Origin: Polyangiales bacterium
GTDB taxonomy: Bacteria > Myxococcota_A > Polyangia > Polyangiales > JADJQN01
Assembly: GCA_964202905.1 (NCBI GenBank)
Contig: CAXNJO010000002.1
Span: forward strand, 576,001-640,000
Direction of reading: 5' to 3'
Length of the DNA stretch: 64,000 nucleotides
Shown here: in pieces, positions 1 to 9,960 of the stretch
Layout of the letters: every line of letters begins with the position of its first letter
Position numbering within the stretch: the first letter of the stretch is position 1
Notes under the pieces: generated by a model
What the model was told of the DNA's origin: nothing
Database searches by the model: none
The model's input: the letters and a program-made list of their open reading frames with translations, nothing else
Translations under genes and position numbers: made by a program

Positions 1-2
1 CC

Positions 3-479
3 GCCGACGCGCCGGCCGCACGGCGCCGGGCCGCGCCGCCGCCCCGCGTGCCCTACCGGCGATTTCTATCCGCCGACGGCCGCGCGATCCTCGTCGGGAA
101 GGGCGCGGCCGACAACGACGCGCTGACCCTCCGGCACGCCCGCCCCCAGGACCTCTGGCTCCACGCGCGCGGCGTCCCCGGCGCGCACGTCGTGGTTCCC
201 CTGGCGAAGGGCGAAACCTGCCCGCCCGCGCTCGCCCTCGACGCCGCGACGCTCGCCGCCCACTTCAGCGATGTCCGCGGCGAAACGGTGGTCGACGTCC
301 AGCAGGTCGCCCGTCGCCACGTCCGCAAGCCACGCGGCGCGTCCCCCGGCGCGGTCACGGTCGAGCGCGAGCGCGTGATCGCCCTACGCGTTGAGTCCGC
401 ACGCCTGACCCGACTGCTGCAGGCCGAAACGCTCGCCGACGGGACCGACGACGAGACGCGCCCGCGCCGCACCCGCTGA
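3..479 (+). CDS. NFACT RNA-binding (DUF814) C-terminal domain of an RqcH/FbpA-like protein, 5'-truncated by the window edge
   Basis: ILVGKGAADNDALT...DLWLHARGVPGAHVV...AATLAAHFS...VRKPRGASPGAV matches the NFACT-R pattern; the frame is open back to the window start. Confidence 0.85.
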   Translation, partial: ADAPAARRRAAPPPRVPYRRFLSADGRAILVGKGAADNDALTLRHARPQDLWLHARGVPGAHVVVPLAKGETCPPALALDAATLAAHFSDVRGETVVDVQQVARRHVRKPRGASPGAVTVERERVIALRVESARLTRLLQAETLADGTDDETRPRRTR

Positions 480-950
480 CCGCCCCCGGCGTCCCGCGCG
501 CCGAGCGCGACGCGGAAAACGCTCCGCGCCAGACGGCGATTCGCTCCGCACCCGCGCGCGTCGGCTCCAACAGAAACGCCCCGATGGCCTCGCCACCGGG
601 ACGTCTCCTGCGCCGCTCCGCCGATGTGGGGCGGGGCCGACGCGTCTTCACCGGACTCTGGCGGACCCAACTCGACCGAATGTACGGCGGACCGAGTTCG
701 ATTCGCGACCTGGCACCTCGGCACGTGAGCCGGCGTGCGCTCGGCGGTGGGCGGAGACATTCCGCCTCCGCTGCCTGCTCGCCCGGGGGCTTCGGACCCC
801 ATCGGTCCGGCTCCCACGCGGGCGCCCTGCGTCCCTCCGCGCCCGGCCCGTCGGCTTCTTCGGCCCCTGATGGGGCATGACCTGCGGCGTCGAGGGCAGA
901 TGAGCCCGTGCCGACCGGTCATTCGCCCGGGGGCGGTGGGACGACCGGAC

Positions 951-1166
951 TCAGGCGGAGGTGGTCGGCGCGGCGGCGGTGGTCGCCGGCGCGGCCTTCT
1001 TCGTGGAGGCCTTCTTCGCGGGGGCCTTCTTCGCAGGGGCCTTCTTCGCGGGGGCGGCCTTCTTGGCGGGGGCGGCCTTCTTCGCGGGGGCGGCCTTCTT
1101 GGCGGGCGCCTTCTTGGCGGCGGGCTTCTTGGCGGCGGGCTTCTTGGTGGTCTTCGGGGTGGCCAT
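951..1166 (-). CDS. Histone H1-like Lys/Ala/Pro-rich small DNA-binding protein (71 aa)
   Basis: MATPKTTKKPAAKKPAAKKAPAKKAAPAKK...; AAGGA ribosome-binding site upstream; AKKAAP repeats. Confidence 0.8.
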   Translation of the reverse strand: MATPKTTKKPAAKKPAAKKAPAKKAAPAKKAAPAKKAAPAKKAPAKKAPAKKASTKKAAPATTAAAPTTSA

Positions 1167-1468
1167 GGATGTTTTCCTTACCCTGGCGAAAAGTGCCAGA
1201 CGTCGCGCAGCGTATTGTCACGTCACGTCAGGTGTCAAGCGGGGATCGACCATCATTTATATCTAACTTAGTGCTCTTTGTTCGTTGAGTGACCGCTGTT
1301 ACCTGCCAAGTCCACGAGATCAATAGAGAAAAACATATGGCGAGATAGACCCGCGTAAGTGTTGGGAAACTCCCTGACGCGCCCCTCTCGCGGATCGCGT
1401 TGACACCCCGCAGGACGCGCTCTAGGGTCGCGCCGCTTGCGCCCTCCGGCGCTGCGACGGGAGCCCCG

Positions 1469-2317
1469 ATGACGACGTCGATCCGCGCAAGACAGACCCT
1501 GGCCATGCTGTTCGCGGCGGCGAGCCTCGCCGTCTTCTCCTTCGCCTGCGGCCCCTCCGAAGAGCAGATCGCCGCGGAGAATCGCGTGCGCGAACTCGAG
1601 CAGCAGCTCACGGACGCGAACACCGCGCGCGAGCAGCTCGATCAGCGGTTGACGGAGATGACGACGAACAACGCGAGCCTCAGCGACCGCCTGCGCGCCC
1701 TCGGGCAGAACGTTGAAGGCCTCCAGTCGCACGTGCAGGGGCTGCAGTCCGACCTCGAGCGCACGCAGCGCGCGCTCGCTGAGCTACAGGAGCGCGAGCG
1801 GCAGGCGCAGGCGCGCCTCGCGACCTTCCGCCAGATGATCGACCGCTTCCGCGCGATGATCGCCAGCGGCCGGCTGCGCGTGCGCATCGTGCGCGGCCGC
1901 ATGGTGGTCGAGCTCCCGGACAACATCCTCTTCGAGTCCGGCGCGGCCGAGCTGAAAGAGGCGGGCGAGGCCGCTCTGGCCGAGATCGTCGAGGTCTTGA
2001 AGACCATCCCGGGCCGCGAGTTCCAGGTGGCCGGACACACGGACAACGTGCCGATCTCGTCGCGGCGCTTCCCGTCCAACTGGGAGCTCTCGACGTCCCG
2101 CGCCGTGGCCGTAACGAAGTTCATGATCGAGCGCGGGCTCGAGGGCGGCCGCGTGTCGGCCGCGGGTCACGCCGAGACGGCGCCCGTGGCGTCCAACGAC
2201 ACCCCGGAGGGCCGCGCGCAGAACCGGCGCATCGAGATCATCCTCCTGCCCAACCTCGACGAGTTGCCCGACCTCTCGTCCCTCGAGGGCAACCCGCAGG
2301 GCACGCCGACACACTGA
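1469..2317 (+). CDS. OmpA/MotB-family peptidoglycan-binding lipoprotein with a coiled-coil
   Basis: Lipobox-like FSFAC, long coiled-coil, then ILFESGAAEL..VAGHTDN..NWELSTSRA..GRAQNRRIEI. Confidence 0.9.
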   Translation: MTTSIRARQTLAMLFAAASLAVFSFACGPSEEQIAAENRVRELEQQLTDANTAREQLDQRLTEMTTNNASLSDRLRALGQNVEGLQSHVQGLQSDLERTQRALAELQERERQAQARLATFRQMIDRFRAMIASGRLRVRIVRGRMVVELPDNILFESGAAELKEAGEAALAEIVEVLKTIPGREFQVAGHTDNVPISSRRFPSNWELSTSRAVAVTKFMIERGLEGGRVSAAGHAETAPVASNDTPEGRAQNRRIEIILLPNLDELPDLSSLEGNPQGTPTH

Positions 2318-2730
2318 GGTCGGCCGCCGTCCGGACCTTTTCTCGTGATTTCGGGGGTTCGGTCCGAGATTTGTCGGCCTCGGCGCCGTCGTGAGCCGCC
2401 ATGCAGCCGTCGCCACGGGGGTTGCCGCGATGTGGCCCGCTCGAATCTGCACGCGGCTCACCGGCCGCGGACGGTGCGCGGCAGCTTCGGGGGCCGGTTC
2501 GCCGTCGGGGCAAAGGTCGCGCCTTTACTCGACCGTCACCGTCACGTAATATTCGGCCGCTCCTGTCCTACCCGGCGGCGCCGCTCTCCGCGAGAAACGG
2601 TCTCGCGCGGGAATACGGTTCACCGGGACAGGGTTCGGAGCCGGCCCGCCGGACATGTCGACCGGTGGACCGTCATGCGCGACGTAGGCACGCGACCCAC
2701 GCGTGTCGACGTCGGTGGAGGAGTTCTTCC

Positions 2731-3237
2731 ATGCAGGCTCGTACCGAGAAGCTCTTCAAGGTCGGTGACAAGGCCGTGTACCCCGCTCAGGGCGTGGCCG
2801 AGGTGGTCTCGATCGAGGAGAAGGACATCGCCGGCAACCGACAGCAGTTCTACGTGCTCCGGATCCTCGACACCGACCGCAAGATCATGGTCCCGGTCAA
2901 CAACGCCCGCTCGGTGGGCCTGCGCGCCCCGATCAGCGAGTCCGAGATCCGCGAGATCTTCGAGATCCTCAAAGAGCAGACGGTCGCCTTCGACAACCAG
3001 ACCTGGAACCGCCGTTACCGCGGCTTCATGGACAAGATCAAGACCGGCAGCGTCTTCGACGTCGCGGAGGTCATGCGTGACCTCTACCGCCTGAAGGCCG
3101 AGAAGAGCCTCTCTTTCGGAGAGCGCCGCATGCTCGAGACCGCACGCTCCCTGATCGTCAAGGAGATCGCGGTCGCCCGCCACAAGCCCGAAGAGAAGGT
3201 CCGCGCCGAGATCGAGAAGATCTTCGACGCGAACTGA
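2731..3237 (+). CDS. cdnL: CarD/CdnL RNA polymerase-binding transcription factor
   Basis: FKVGDKAVYPAQGV...TWNRRYR...KIKTGSVFDVAEV...LSFGERRML; GGAGGAG ribosome-binding site. Confidence 0.92.
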   Translation: MQARTEKLFKVGDKAVYPAQGVAEVVSIEEKDIAGNRQQFYVLRILDTDRKIMVPVNNARSVGLRAPISESEIREIFEILKEQTVAFDNQTWNRRYRGFMDKIKTGSVFDVAEVMRDLYRLKAEKSLSFGERRMLETARSLIVKEIAVARHKPEEKVRAEIEKIFDAN

Positions 3238-3259
3238 CCCTTCAGGGTGTAGTCTCGCT

Positions 3260-3284
3260 GAGGCATCCCCGCTGGGGGTGCCTC
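3260..3284 (+). other. 11-bp stem-loop between cdnL and rng (terminator-like or 5'-UTR hairpin)
   Basis: GAGGCATCCCC-GCT-GGGGGTGCCTC; no U-tract follows. Confidence 0.4.
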
Positions 3285-3527
3285 GCATTCCCCGCGCGGC
3301 CATGGGGCGCGCGTGATGTTCGTGCATCGGCATAGGGACGCGGCTTCCTTCGAGCCGCGTCAACATTTCCTCGCTCCACCGCTCCCTCAGGCATCGCGCT
3401 CCTGCTGACCGCGACCCGCCCACGGCGCGTCGCTTCTCTCCGATTTCGCGGCGCGCCCACGCGTCGCTCCCACTTCCGCCAGGCACGCGCTCGCACGGGC
3501 GCGCCCGGCCCCAGCTTTTAGGTTCGG

Positions 3528-5051
3528 ATGGGCCAGAACTCGCTCGTCATCAACGTCGACATCGGCGAAACGCGCGTCGCACTGATCGAGAACGGAATCC
3601 TCTCGGAGCTCTTCGTCGAGCGCACCCGAGACCGCAGCCCGGTCGGCAACATCTACCTCGGCAAGGTCACCCGCGTGCTCCCCGGCATGCAGGCCGCCTT
3701 CGTCGACATCGGCCTCGATCGGGCCGCCTTCCTCCACGTCGAGGACATCGTCGCCGAAGAGGACCTCGAGGCCGTCGCCGCGGGGGACTCCGAGGACGAC
3801 GACGACGACGACGACAAGAAGAAGTCGCGCAAGATCACGCGGAAGACGCCGATCCGCGACGTGCTCAAGGAAGGCCAGTCGATCATCGTCCAGGTCTCCA
3901 AGGGCCCGATCTCGACAAAGGGCGCGCGCGTCACGAGCCACATCTCTCTGCCCGGGCGCTACGTCGTCTACATGCCGACGGTCGAGCACATCGGCATCAG
4001 CAAGCGCATCGGCAACGAGAAGGAGCGCAAGCGCCTGCGCGAGACGATCGAGGCCTTCAAGCCCCCACAGGGCGGCCTGATCGTGCGCACCGTCGCCGCG
4101 GGGCTGACCAAGAAGCAGCTCAAGGCGGACGTCGGCTACCTCGTCAAGACCTGGAACGAGACGATGAAGAAGCGCGAGACGACCTCGCGCGCGCCCGCCC
4201 TGCTCTACGACGATCTCGACGTCATCCTGCGCGCGGCCCGTGACCTCTTCACGGAAGACGTCGCCAAGATCGTCATCGACAGCCCGCGGGAACACGAGCG
4301 CCTGGTGAAGTTCGTCGAGGACTTCATGCCCGAGCGCATCGGCGACGTGGAGCTCTACAGCGACTCGGAGCCCGTCTACGACGAGTACGGCATCGAGGAC
4401 GAGATCGCGCGCGCGTTGTCGCGCAAGGTCCCGCTCCCCTCGGGCGGCTACCTCATCATCGATCAGGCCGAGGCGCTCACGGCCATCGACGTCAACACGG
4501 GCCGCTTCACGGGCAAGGGGAAGGACGTCGAGGAGACGATCTTCCAGACGAACCTCGAGGCCGTGAAGGAGATCGCCTACCAGCTGCGCTTCCGCAACAT
4601 CGGTGGCCTGATCGTCCTCGACTTCATCGACATGGAGCGCGCATCGCACCGCGAGAAGGTCTACAAGACCCTCGTCGACGTGCTGAAGCACGACAAGGCG
4701 AAGACGACCGCCGTTCGCATCAGCGAGCTCGGCCTGGTGGAGATGACGCGCAAGCGCACCCGCGAGTCCCTCGGCCGCACCCTCAACGAGCCCTGCTTCT
4801 ACTGCGACGGCACCGGTCAGTTGCAGAGCAAGGCGACCATCTGCCACGAGATCCTCCGGCAGATCCGGCGCGAGAAGGACAACCTCCCCGGCTACAAGAT
4901 CGTCGTCAACGCGCACCCCGCCATCTGCGACATGCTCCAGCGCGAGGAGAAGGCCGCGGTCGAGGTCGCCTCCAAGCGGTTCACCCGGCAGATCGTGGTA
5001 CAACCGAAGCGCGATTATCACTTGGAGCAGTTCGACCTCGCGGGGGCGTGA
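3528..5051 (+). CDS. rng: Rne/Rng family ribonuclease (RNase G-like)
   Basis: GNIYLGKVTRVLPGMQAAFVDIG, AIDVNTG, GGLIVLDFIDM, LGLVEMTRKR, CFYCDGTG Zn-link. Confidence 0.95.
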   Translation: MGQNSLVINVDIGETRVALIENGILSELFVERTRDRSPVGNIYLGKVTRVLPGMQAAFVDIGLDRAAFLHVEDIVAEEDLEAVAAGDSEDDDDDDDKKKSRKITRKTPIRDVLKEGQSIIVQVSKGPISTKGARVTSHISLPGRYVVYMPTVEHIGISKRIGNEKERKRLRETIEAFKPPQGGLIVRTVAAGLTKKQLKADVGYLVKTWNETMKKRETTSRAPALLYDDLDVILRAARDLFTEDVAKIVIDSPREHERLVKFVEDFMPERIGDVELYSDSEPVYDEYGIEDEIARALSRKVPLPSGGYLIIDQAEALTAIDVNTGRFTGKGKDVEETIFQTNLEAVKEIAYQLRFRNIGGLIVLDFIDMERASHREKVYKTLVDVLKHDKAKTTAVRISELGLVEMTRKRTRESLGRTLNEPCFYCDGTGQLQSKATICHEILRQIRREKDNLPGYKIVVNAHPAICDMLQREEKAAVEVASKRFTRQIVVQPKRDYHLEQFDLAGA

Positions 5052-5052
5052 C

Positions 5053-5439
5053 GTGGCCGATCAACCAGCGGATGCAGCGGGCAGCGACGACGACGGGCAG
5101 GCCGCGCGCGACGCCGCCGAGGCCCGCCGCCGCGAGGCTCGGATCACGATCAACAAAGAGTTCGAGTCCTTCGACGCGTTCATCCAAGAGTACGTGACGA
5201 ACATCTCGCGCTCAGGAGTGTTCGTGAAGTCGAAGCAGCCGCTGCCCGTCGGGACGCGCGTGAACCTCCGCTTCACCGTGATCATGGACGACATCGAGAC
5301 GATCGAGGGCGTCGGCGAGGTCGTGCGTGTCGACGACGAGCCGCCGGGGATGGGCGTCGTCTTCACCGAGTTGAGCCAGTACTCGCGCCACCTCATCGAC
5401 CGGCTGCTCACCGCGCCCCGTGGCGCGGCGGGGGGCTGA
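5053..5439 (+). CDS. PilZ domain protein (myxobacterial TIGR02266-like)
   Basis: RRREAR...NISRSGVFV...GMGVVF. Confidence 0.85.
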   Translation: MADQPADAAGSDDDGQAARDAAEARRREARITINKEFESFDAFIQEYVTNISRSGVFVKSKQPLPVGTRVNLRFTVIMDDIETIEGVGEVVRVDDEPPGMGVVFTELSQYSRHLIDRLLTAPRGAAGG

Positions 5440-5451
5440 GGTCCCGCCTCC

Positions 5452-5889
5452 GTGGACGTGCTCGATCGCTTCGCGGAGCTCGCCCGAGGGACGCTCATGA
5501 ACCTCGCCGATCGCCGCTTCGGCCGCGCGCAAAAGCCGCTCGCCGATCTCTCGGACGCTGAGCTCGAGGAAGAGTTGCTGCGCCGCCGTCGCGAGCGGGC
5601 CGCGCGGCGTGCGCCCGCCCCTGGCGGCGCTGGCGCCGAGCCGGCGCGGGGCGTGACAGCGCGCCCGCGGTCGCCGGAGGAGCAGCAACTCCACCAGTGC
5701 TACGCGAATCTCGAGCTCTCGCCTGGCGCGTCCCTCGACGCGGTGAAGCGCGCGTACCGTGAGCTGATGGGCCGCTATCACCCCGACAAGCACCTCGGTG
5801 ACCCCGAGCGCCACAAGGCCGCGACGGAGCTCGCGCAGAGCCTCACGCGCGCGTACACCGCGCTCGTCGCACACCTCGGCAGCGGCTGA
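5452..5889 (+). CDS. J-domain (DnaJ-like) protein
   Basis: C-terminal YANLEL..VKRAYRELMGRYHPDKH. Confidence 0.88.
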   Translation: MDVLDRFAELARGTLMNLADRRFGRAQKPLADLSDAELEEELLRRRRERAARRAPAPGGAGAEPARGVTARPRSPEEQQLHQCYANLELSPGASLDAVKRAYRELMGRYHPDKHLGDPERHKAATELAQSLTRAYTALVAHLGSG

Positions 5890-5919
5890 GACGCCGTCCG
5901 CGCAGCGTGCTGCGGGGCC

Positions 5920-6885
5920 CTACTCGCGGCGCAGGTAGCCGGCCTTGAGCAGCTTCACGATGAGCAGACTCGTGACCAGGTCGCTGGCGAGGCTCTTGTT
6001 GAGCAGCGTCTCCATGTGCCCGTAGTTGAGGGCGAGTTGGAGGACGTCGAGATCGTCGCCGGAGAGCTCGCGGAGGGGCGGAATGAGCGGGACCGCCACC
6101 TTCACGCTCGCGTGGAGCGGTGGCAGTTCGGGACCGAGGCGGCGCAGCTCGTCGATCTGACGCATCGACTCCAGCAGCAGCCCCTCGGTCGTCGAGCTGA
6201 GGGTCTCGGGGAAGTCGCGCTCTTCCGGGCCGTCCATCTCGAACTGGCCGTGCTCCCACGTGAGGATGCGGATGACGCTCTTCATCGGCGAAACGTCGAA
6301 GTTCTCGTTCACCGCGGCGAACACGAGCCGCCCCTTGTCGAGGAAGAGACGGCCGAGGTCGGAGCCGGAGCGAACCGAGAGCACGCCGCTCTTCTTCGAG
6401 GTGGAGAAGAGTTGGAGGAGGTCCGGTAGCGGGACCTCGTCGATCGCGCCCGACATCGTCCGCACCTGCGAGGTGCGCCGCACCTGAGCGACCTCCGCGA
6501 GCTGCGCGTTGGCGCGTGCGGCGTCGTCGGAGATCTCACCGTCCGACGCGACGAGCTTGATGATGCTGGTGCCGACGAGGATGCGATCGCCCTCGTTGAG
6601 GCGCGCGCGCTTGATCTTCTCGCCATTGACGAAGGTGCCGTTGGTGGACCCGAGATCTTGGATGAAGATCTGGTCTCCGGTGACCGTGATCTTCGCGTGG
6701 CGACGCGAGACCATGTCCTCGACGAGGACCATGTCGAGCTCGCTCGAGCGCCCGACGACGATCTCCTTGTTCAGCGGCAGCGGGAACTCGCCGCCCTGGT
6801 ACTTGCCGCTGATGAAGCGGAGGGCGAACTGCTTGGCCGAGCGGTCGGTCGGCGTAGGCGTCATCTTGGGAATGCCAGGCTCCAT
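5920..6885 (-). CDS. FHA domain + DUF4388 signalling protein
   Basis: GRS..VSRRHA..DLGSTNGTFVNG (FHA); MSGAIDEVPLPDLLQL..SGVL..W..G.F (DUF4388). Confidence 0.9.
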   Translation of the reverse strand: MEPGIPKMTPTPTDRSAKQFALRFISGKYQGGEFPLPLNKEIVVGRSSELDMVLVEDMVSRRHAKITVTGDQIFIQDLGSTNGTFVNGEKIKRARLNEGDRILVGTSIIKLVASDGEISDDAARANAQLAEVAQVRRTSQVRTMSGAIDEVPLPDLLQLFSTSKKSGVLSVRSGSDLGRLFLDKGRLVFAAVNENFDVSPMKSVIRILTWEHGQFEMDGPEERDFPETLSSTTEGLLLESMRQIDELRRLGPELPPLHASVKVAVPLIPPLRELSGDDLDVLQLALNYGHMETLLNKSLASDLVTSLLIVKLLKAGYLRRE

Positions 6886-7047
6886 CCGGTGTCCGTTCGT
6901 GGCCCCCGAGGTGAGAGAGATTTATGGGCTGGGACGCCGAAGGTCAAGGGCGCGGAACCGGCGTCAGCGGGTCCGCGGGGGAGCCGAGCGACGCGACACG
7001 CCCTGCGCGGGGGCGCACGAGACGGCTCTGCTACAAAGCGCGGGCGA

Positions 7048-9951
7048 ATGCGCTCCGCGACTGCCGCGCTGGCCGGTGTGTTCGCCTGCCTGCTGGCAGG
7101 CGCCTTCGCCCCCGCGCCCGCTGCCGCACAAGCCGCGTCGGATCCGTCGCTGAGCTGGCACACGCTCGAGACCCCACGCTTCGCCATCCACTTCCACGCG
7201 CCGCTCGAACCCCTCGCGCGCCGCGTCGCCGTCGTCGCCGAGCGCGCCTACGCGACCCTCGGCCCGCTACTCCGCTACACGCCGGACTCGCGCACGCACA
7301 TCGTGCTCACGGACGACACGGACTACGCGAACGGCTCGGCGACCGCCCTGCCATTCAACACGATCCGGCTCTACGCGACGGCGCCCGAGGACCTCTCACC
7401 GCTCAGCGATTACGACGACTGGCTGACCGAGCTCATCGTCCACGAGGGCACGCACGTGCTGCACCTCGATCAGGTCCGCGGGCTGCCGGCGCTCGTGAAC
7501 GCGATCCTCGGCAAGACGTGGATCCCCAACGCGGTCGCGCCGCGATGGTTTCTCGAGGGGCTCGCGGTGTTCTTCGAGACGGAGCTGACCGCGGCGGGCC
7601 GCCTGCGCTCGTCGGTCTGGGACATGTACCTGCGCATGGACGCGCTCGAGGGTCGGCTGCTCCGGCTCGATCAGATCTCGAACGACGTCGACCGCTGGCC
7701 ACACGGCAACGTCTGGTATCTGTACGGCTCGTATTTCATGCAGCACATCGCGCGCGCGCACGGCGCCCAGGCGATCGCGCGCATGATCGACGACTACGCG
7801 AACGACGTGATCCCGTACGGCCTGAACCGCCTCGCGCGCCGCGCGACGGGCCGCACCTTCACGGAGCTCTACGCGGACTTCCTCGAGGCGCTGCGGGCGC
7901 GCTACGCCGCGCAGGCGCGCGCGATCCGCGCAGCCGGGCTCGTCGAAGGGACGCGCATCACCCACCACGGCGAGGAGGCGAAGACCCCGCGCTTCCTGCC
8001 GGACGGGCGCGTGATCTATTTCGCCGGCGACAACCGCTCGCTCGGCGCGCTGCGCACGCTCGACGCGCGGACGGGGACACGCCTCGAGACACGCGCCGAA
8101 GTGACCGGGATCGCCGCGCCCGCGCCCCACCCCGACGGGCGACACGTCGTCTACAGCGCGCTCGACGCGCACCGCGATCTCTACGCGTTCAACGACCTGT
8201 TCTCCCTCGATCTCACGACGGGCGAGCGCGAGAGGCTGACGCACGGCGCACGCGCGCAGGAGCCGGACGTCTCGCCGGACGGGCGCTACGTCGTCTACAC
8301 GATCAACTCCGCGGGCACGACCCACCTCGCGACCGCGGAGCTCGCAGACGTGCCTGGCACGCAGCGGGTCCTCGTGCGGAGTCGCCGCTTCGAGCAGATC
8401 TACGCGCCCCGCTTCTCGCCCGACGGGCGCACGATCGCCTACTCCTGCTGGAGCGCCGGCGGCTTCCGGGATCTGCGCCTCGTGGAGGTCGCGACGGGCG
8501 CCGTGCGCGACGTGATGCGCGACCGCGCCTACGACTCCGGGCCCGCCTGGTCTCCCGACGGAGGGACGCTCTACTTCTCCTCCGACCGCACGGGCGTCGC
8601 GAACATCCACGCCTGGGAGCGCGCGACGGGCCGGGTGCAGCAGGTCACGAATGTCCTCGCGGGGGCGTTCCAGCCCACCATCTCACAAGATGGCGAACGG
8701 CTCGTGTACGTCGGCTACACGTCCTACGGCTTCGACCTCTTCTCACTCCCGCTCGATCCCCGCCGCTTCCGTGAGGCGCCCCCGTACGTCGACACGCGCC
8801 CCGCGCCGTCCGAGACGGAGCAGACCGCGGACGCCCTCGAGAGCCGGCCCTACACGCCTTGGGGCACCCTGCGGCCGTGGGCGTATGGCCTCGACCTGAC
8901 GCCCGACGCGTTCGGCCAGCAGCTCGGCGTGAGCAGCGCGGGCGGCGACGTCGTGGGGAGGCACACCTGGGCCGCGCGGATTGGGGTCGGCCTCGTGCGC
9001 GGCGACGTGAACGTCGACGCGTCGTACGGCTATCACGGCCTGCCGGTCGGGATGTCGGCGCGCGCATTCCGCCTCGTGTCGCCGCAGGGCGGGCTGCAGG
9101 TCGGCGGCGCCGAGCGGACGTGGATCGCCGACGACGTCGGGGTCGACCTCGGCGCGAACTACACGTTTCGACGTGCGCTCTCGTCCGACTCGGTCGCGGC
9201 CGGGTACACGCTGCGCTGGCTCGGGCAGGCCGAGCCCTTCGGCGGCGCGCTCGACCCGAACGATCCGGGGCCGCGGCTGCCGGAGCGCGGCCGCCTCGCG
9301 CAGTTGCGCCTCGGCTGGTCGTACTCGACGGTGCGACGCTTCGCGTACGACATCAGCCCCTCGGAGGGCGCGTTCCTCGCCGCGAACGTCGCTGCCGCGC
9401 ACCCCGTGCTCGGCTCGCAATTCCGCAGCGTCTCGCTCTCGTTCACGGCGCAGGCCTACCTGCGCAACCCGCTCTGGCGGCTGCACGTGCTCGCGCTGCG
9501 CTACGCGGGCGGGGTGAGCGAAGGCGACCTCGGGCGGCGCGGGATCTTCTCCGTGGGGGGCTTCCCCACGGTGTCGATCGTCGATGCGCTCACGCAGTTC
9601 GTGCTCGTCGGTGGCGCCGCCCTCCGCGGTTATCCGACCAGCGTTCGCTTCGGCACGCAGTACCATCTCGCGCAGGCGGAATATCGGTTTCCGCTCTTCC
9701 GCCCGCAGGCCGGACCCGCGACGCTGCCCGTCTACGTGAGTCGACTCTACGCGGGCGTCTTCCTCGACGTCGGCGACGCGTTCAGCGGGCGACTCGACCC
9801 CTCGACGTTCCTCGTGGGCACGGGCGCCGAGCTCTACGCCGATGTGACGCTCGGTTACTTCCTGCCCTTCACGCTGCGTTTCGGCGTCGCGCGGGGGCTC
9901 AGTGAGGGCGGCCTGACGCAGACCTACGTCAACGTCGGCGCGCCGTTCTGA
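7048..9951 (+). CDS. Omp85/BamA-family outer membrane protein with an N-terminal HExxH metallopeptidase-like domain and a PD40/TolB-like beta-propeller
   Basis: Signal peptide; HEGTH...WFLEGLA; repeated P.(F/W)SPDG; LRGY motif; terminal Phe. Confidence 0.8.
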   Translation: MRSATAALAGVFACLLAGAFAPAPAAAQAASDPSLSWHTLETPRFAIHFHAPLEPLARRVAVVAERAYATLGPLLRYTPDSRTHIVLTDDTDYANGSATALPFNTIRLYATAPEDLSPLSDYDDWLTELIVHEGTHVLHLDQVRGLPALVNAILGKTWIPNAVAPRWFLEGLAVFFETELTAAGRLRSSVWDMYLRMDALEGRLLRLDQISNDVDRWPHGNVWYLYGSYFMQHIARAHGAQAIARMIDDYANDVIPYGLNRLARRATGRTFTELYADFLEALRARYAAQARAIRAAGLVEGTRITHHGEEAKTPRFLPDGRVIYFAGDNRSLGALRTLDARTGTRLETRAEVTGIAAPAPHPDGRHVVYSALDAHRDLYAFNDLFSLDLTTGERERLTHGARAQEPDVSPDGRYVVYTINSAGTTHLATAELADVPGTQRVLVRSRRFEQIYAPRFSPDGRTIAYSCWSAGGFRDLRLVEVATGAVRDVMRDRAYDSGPAWSPDGGTLYFSSDRTGVANIHAWERATGRVQQVTNVLAGAFQPTISQDGERLVYVGYTSYGFDLFSLPLDPRRFREAPPYVDTRPAPSETEQTADALESRPYTPWGTLRPWAYGLDLTPDAFGQQLGVSSAGGDVVGRHTWAARIGVGLVRGDVNVDASYGYHGLPVGMSARAFRLVSPQGGLQVGGAERTWIADDVGVDLGANYTFRRALSSDSVAAGYTLRWLGQAEPFGGALDPNDPGPRLPERGRLAQLRLGWSYSTVRRFAYDISPSEGAFLAANVAAAHPVLGSQFRSVSLSFTAQAYLRNPLWRLHVLALRYAGGVSEGDLGRRGIFSVGGFPTVSIVDALTQFVLVGGAALRGYPTSVRFGTQYHLAQAEYRFPLFRPQAGPATLPVYVSRLYAGVFLDVGDAFSGRLDPSTFLVGTGAELYADVTLGYFLPFTLRFGVARGLSEGGLTQTYVNVGAPF

Positions 9952-9960
9952 GCGCGCCGC

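Noticed and set aside
1469..2317. Flagellar stator motB
   Set aside because: Lipoprotein/coiled-coil N-terminus, no motA partner, and no MotB transmembrane Asp motif.
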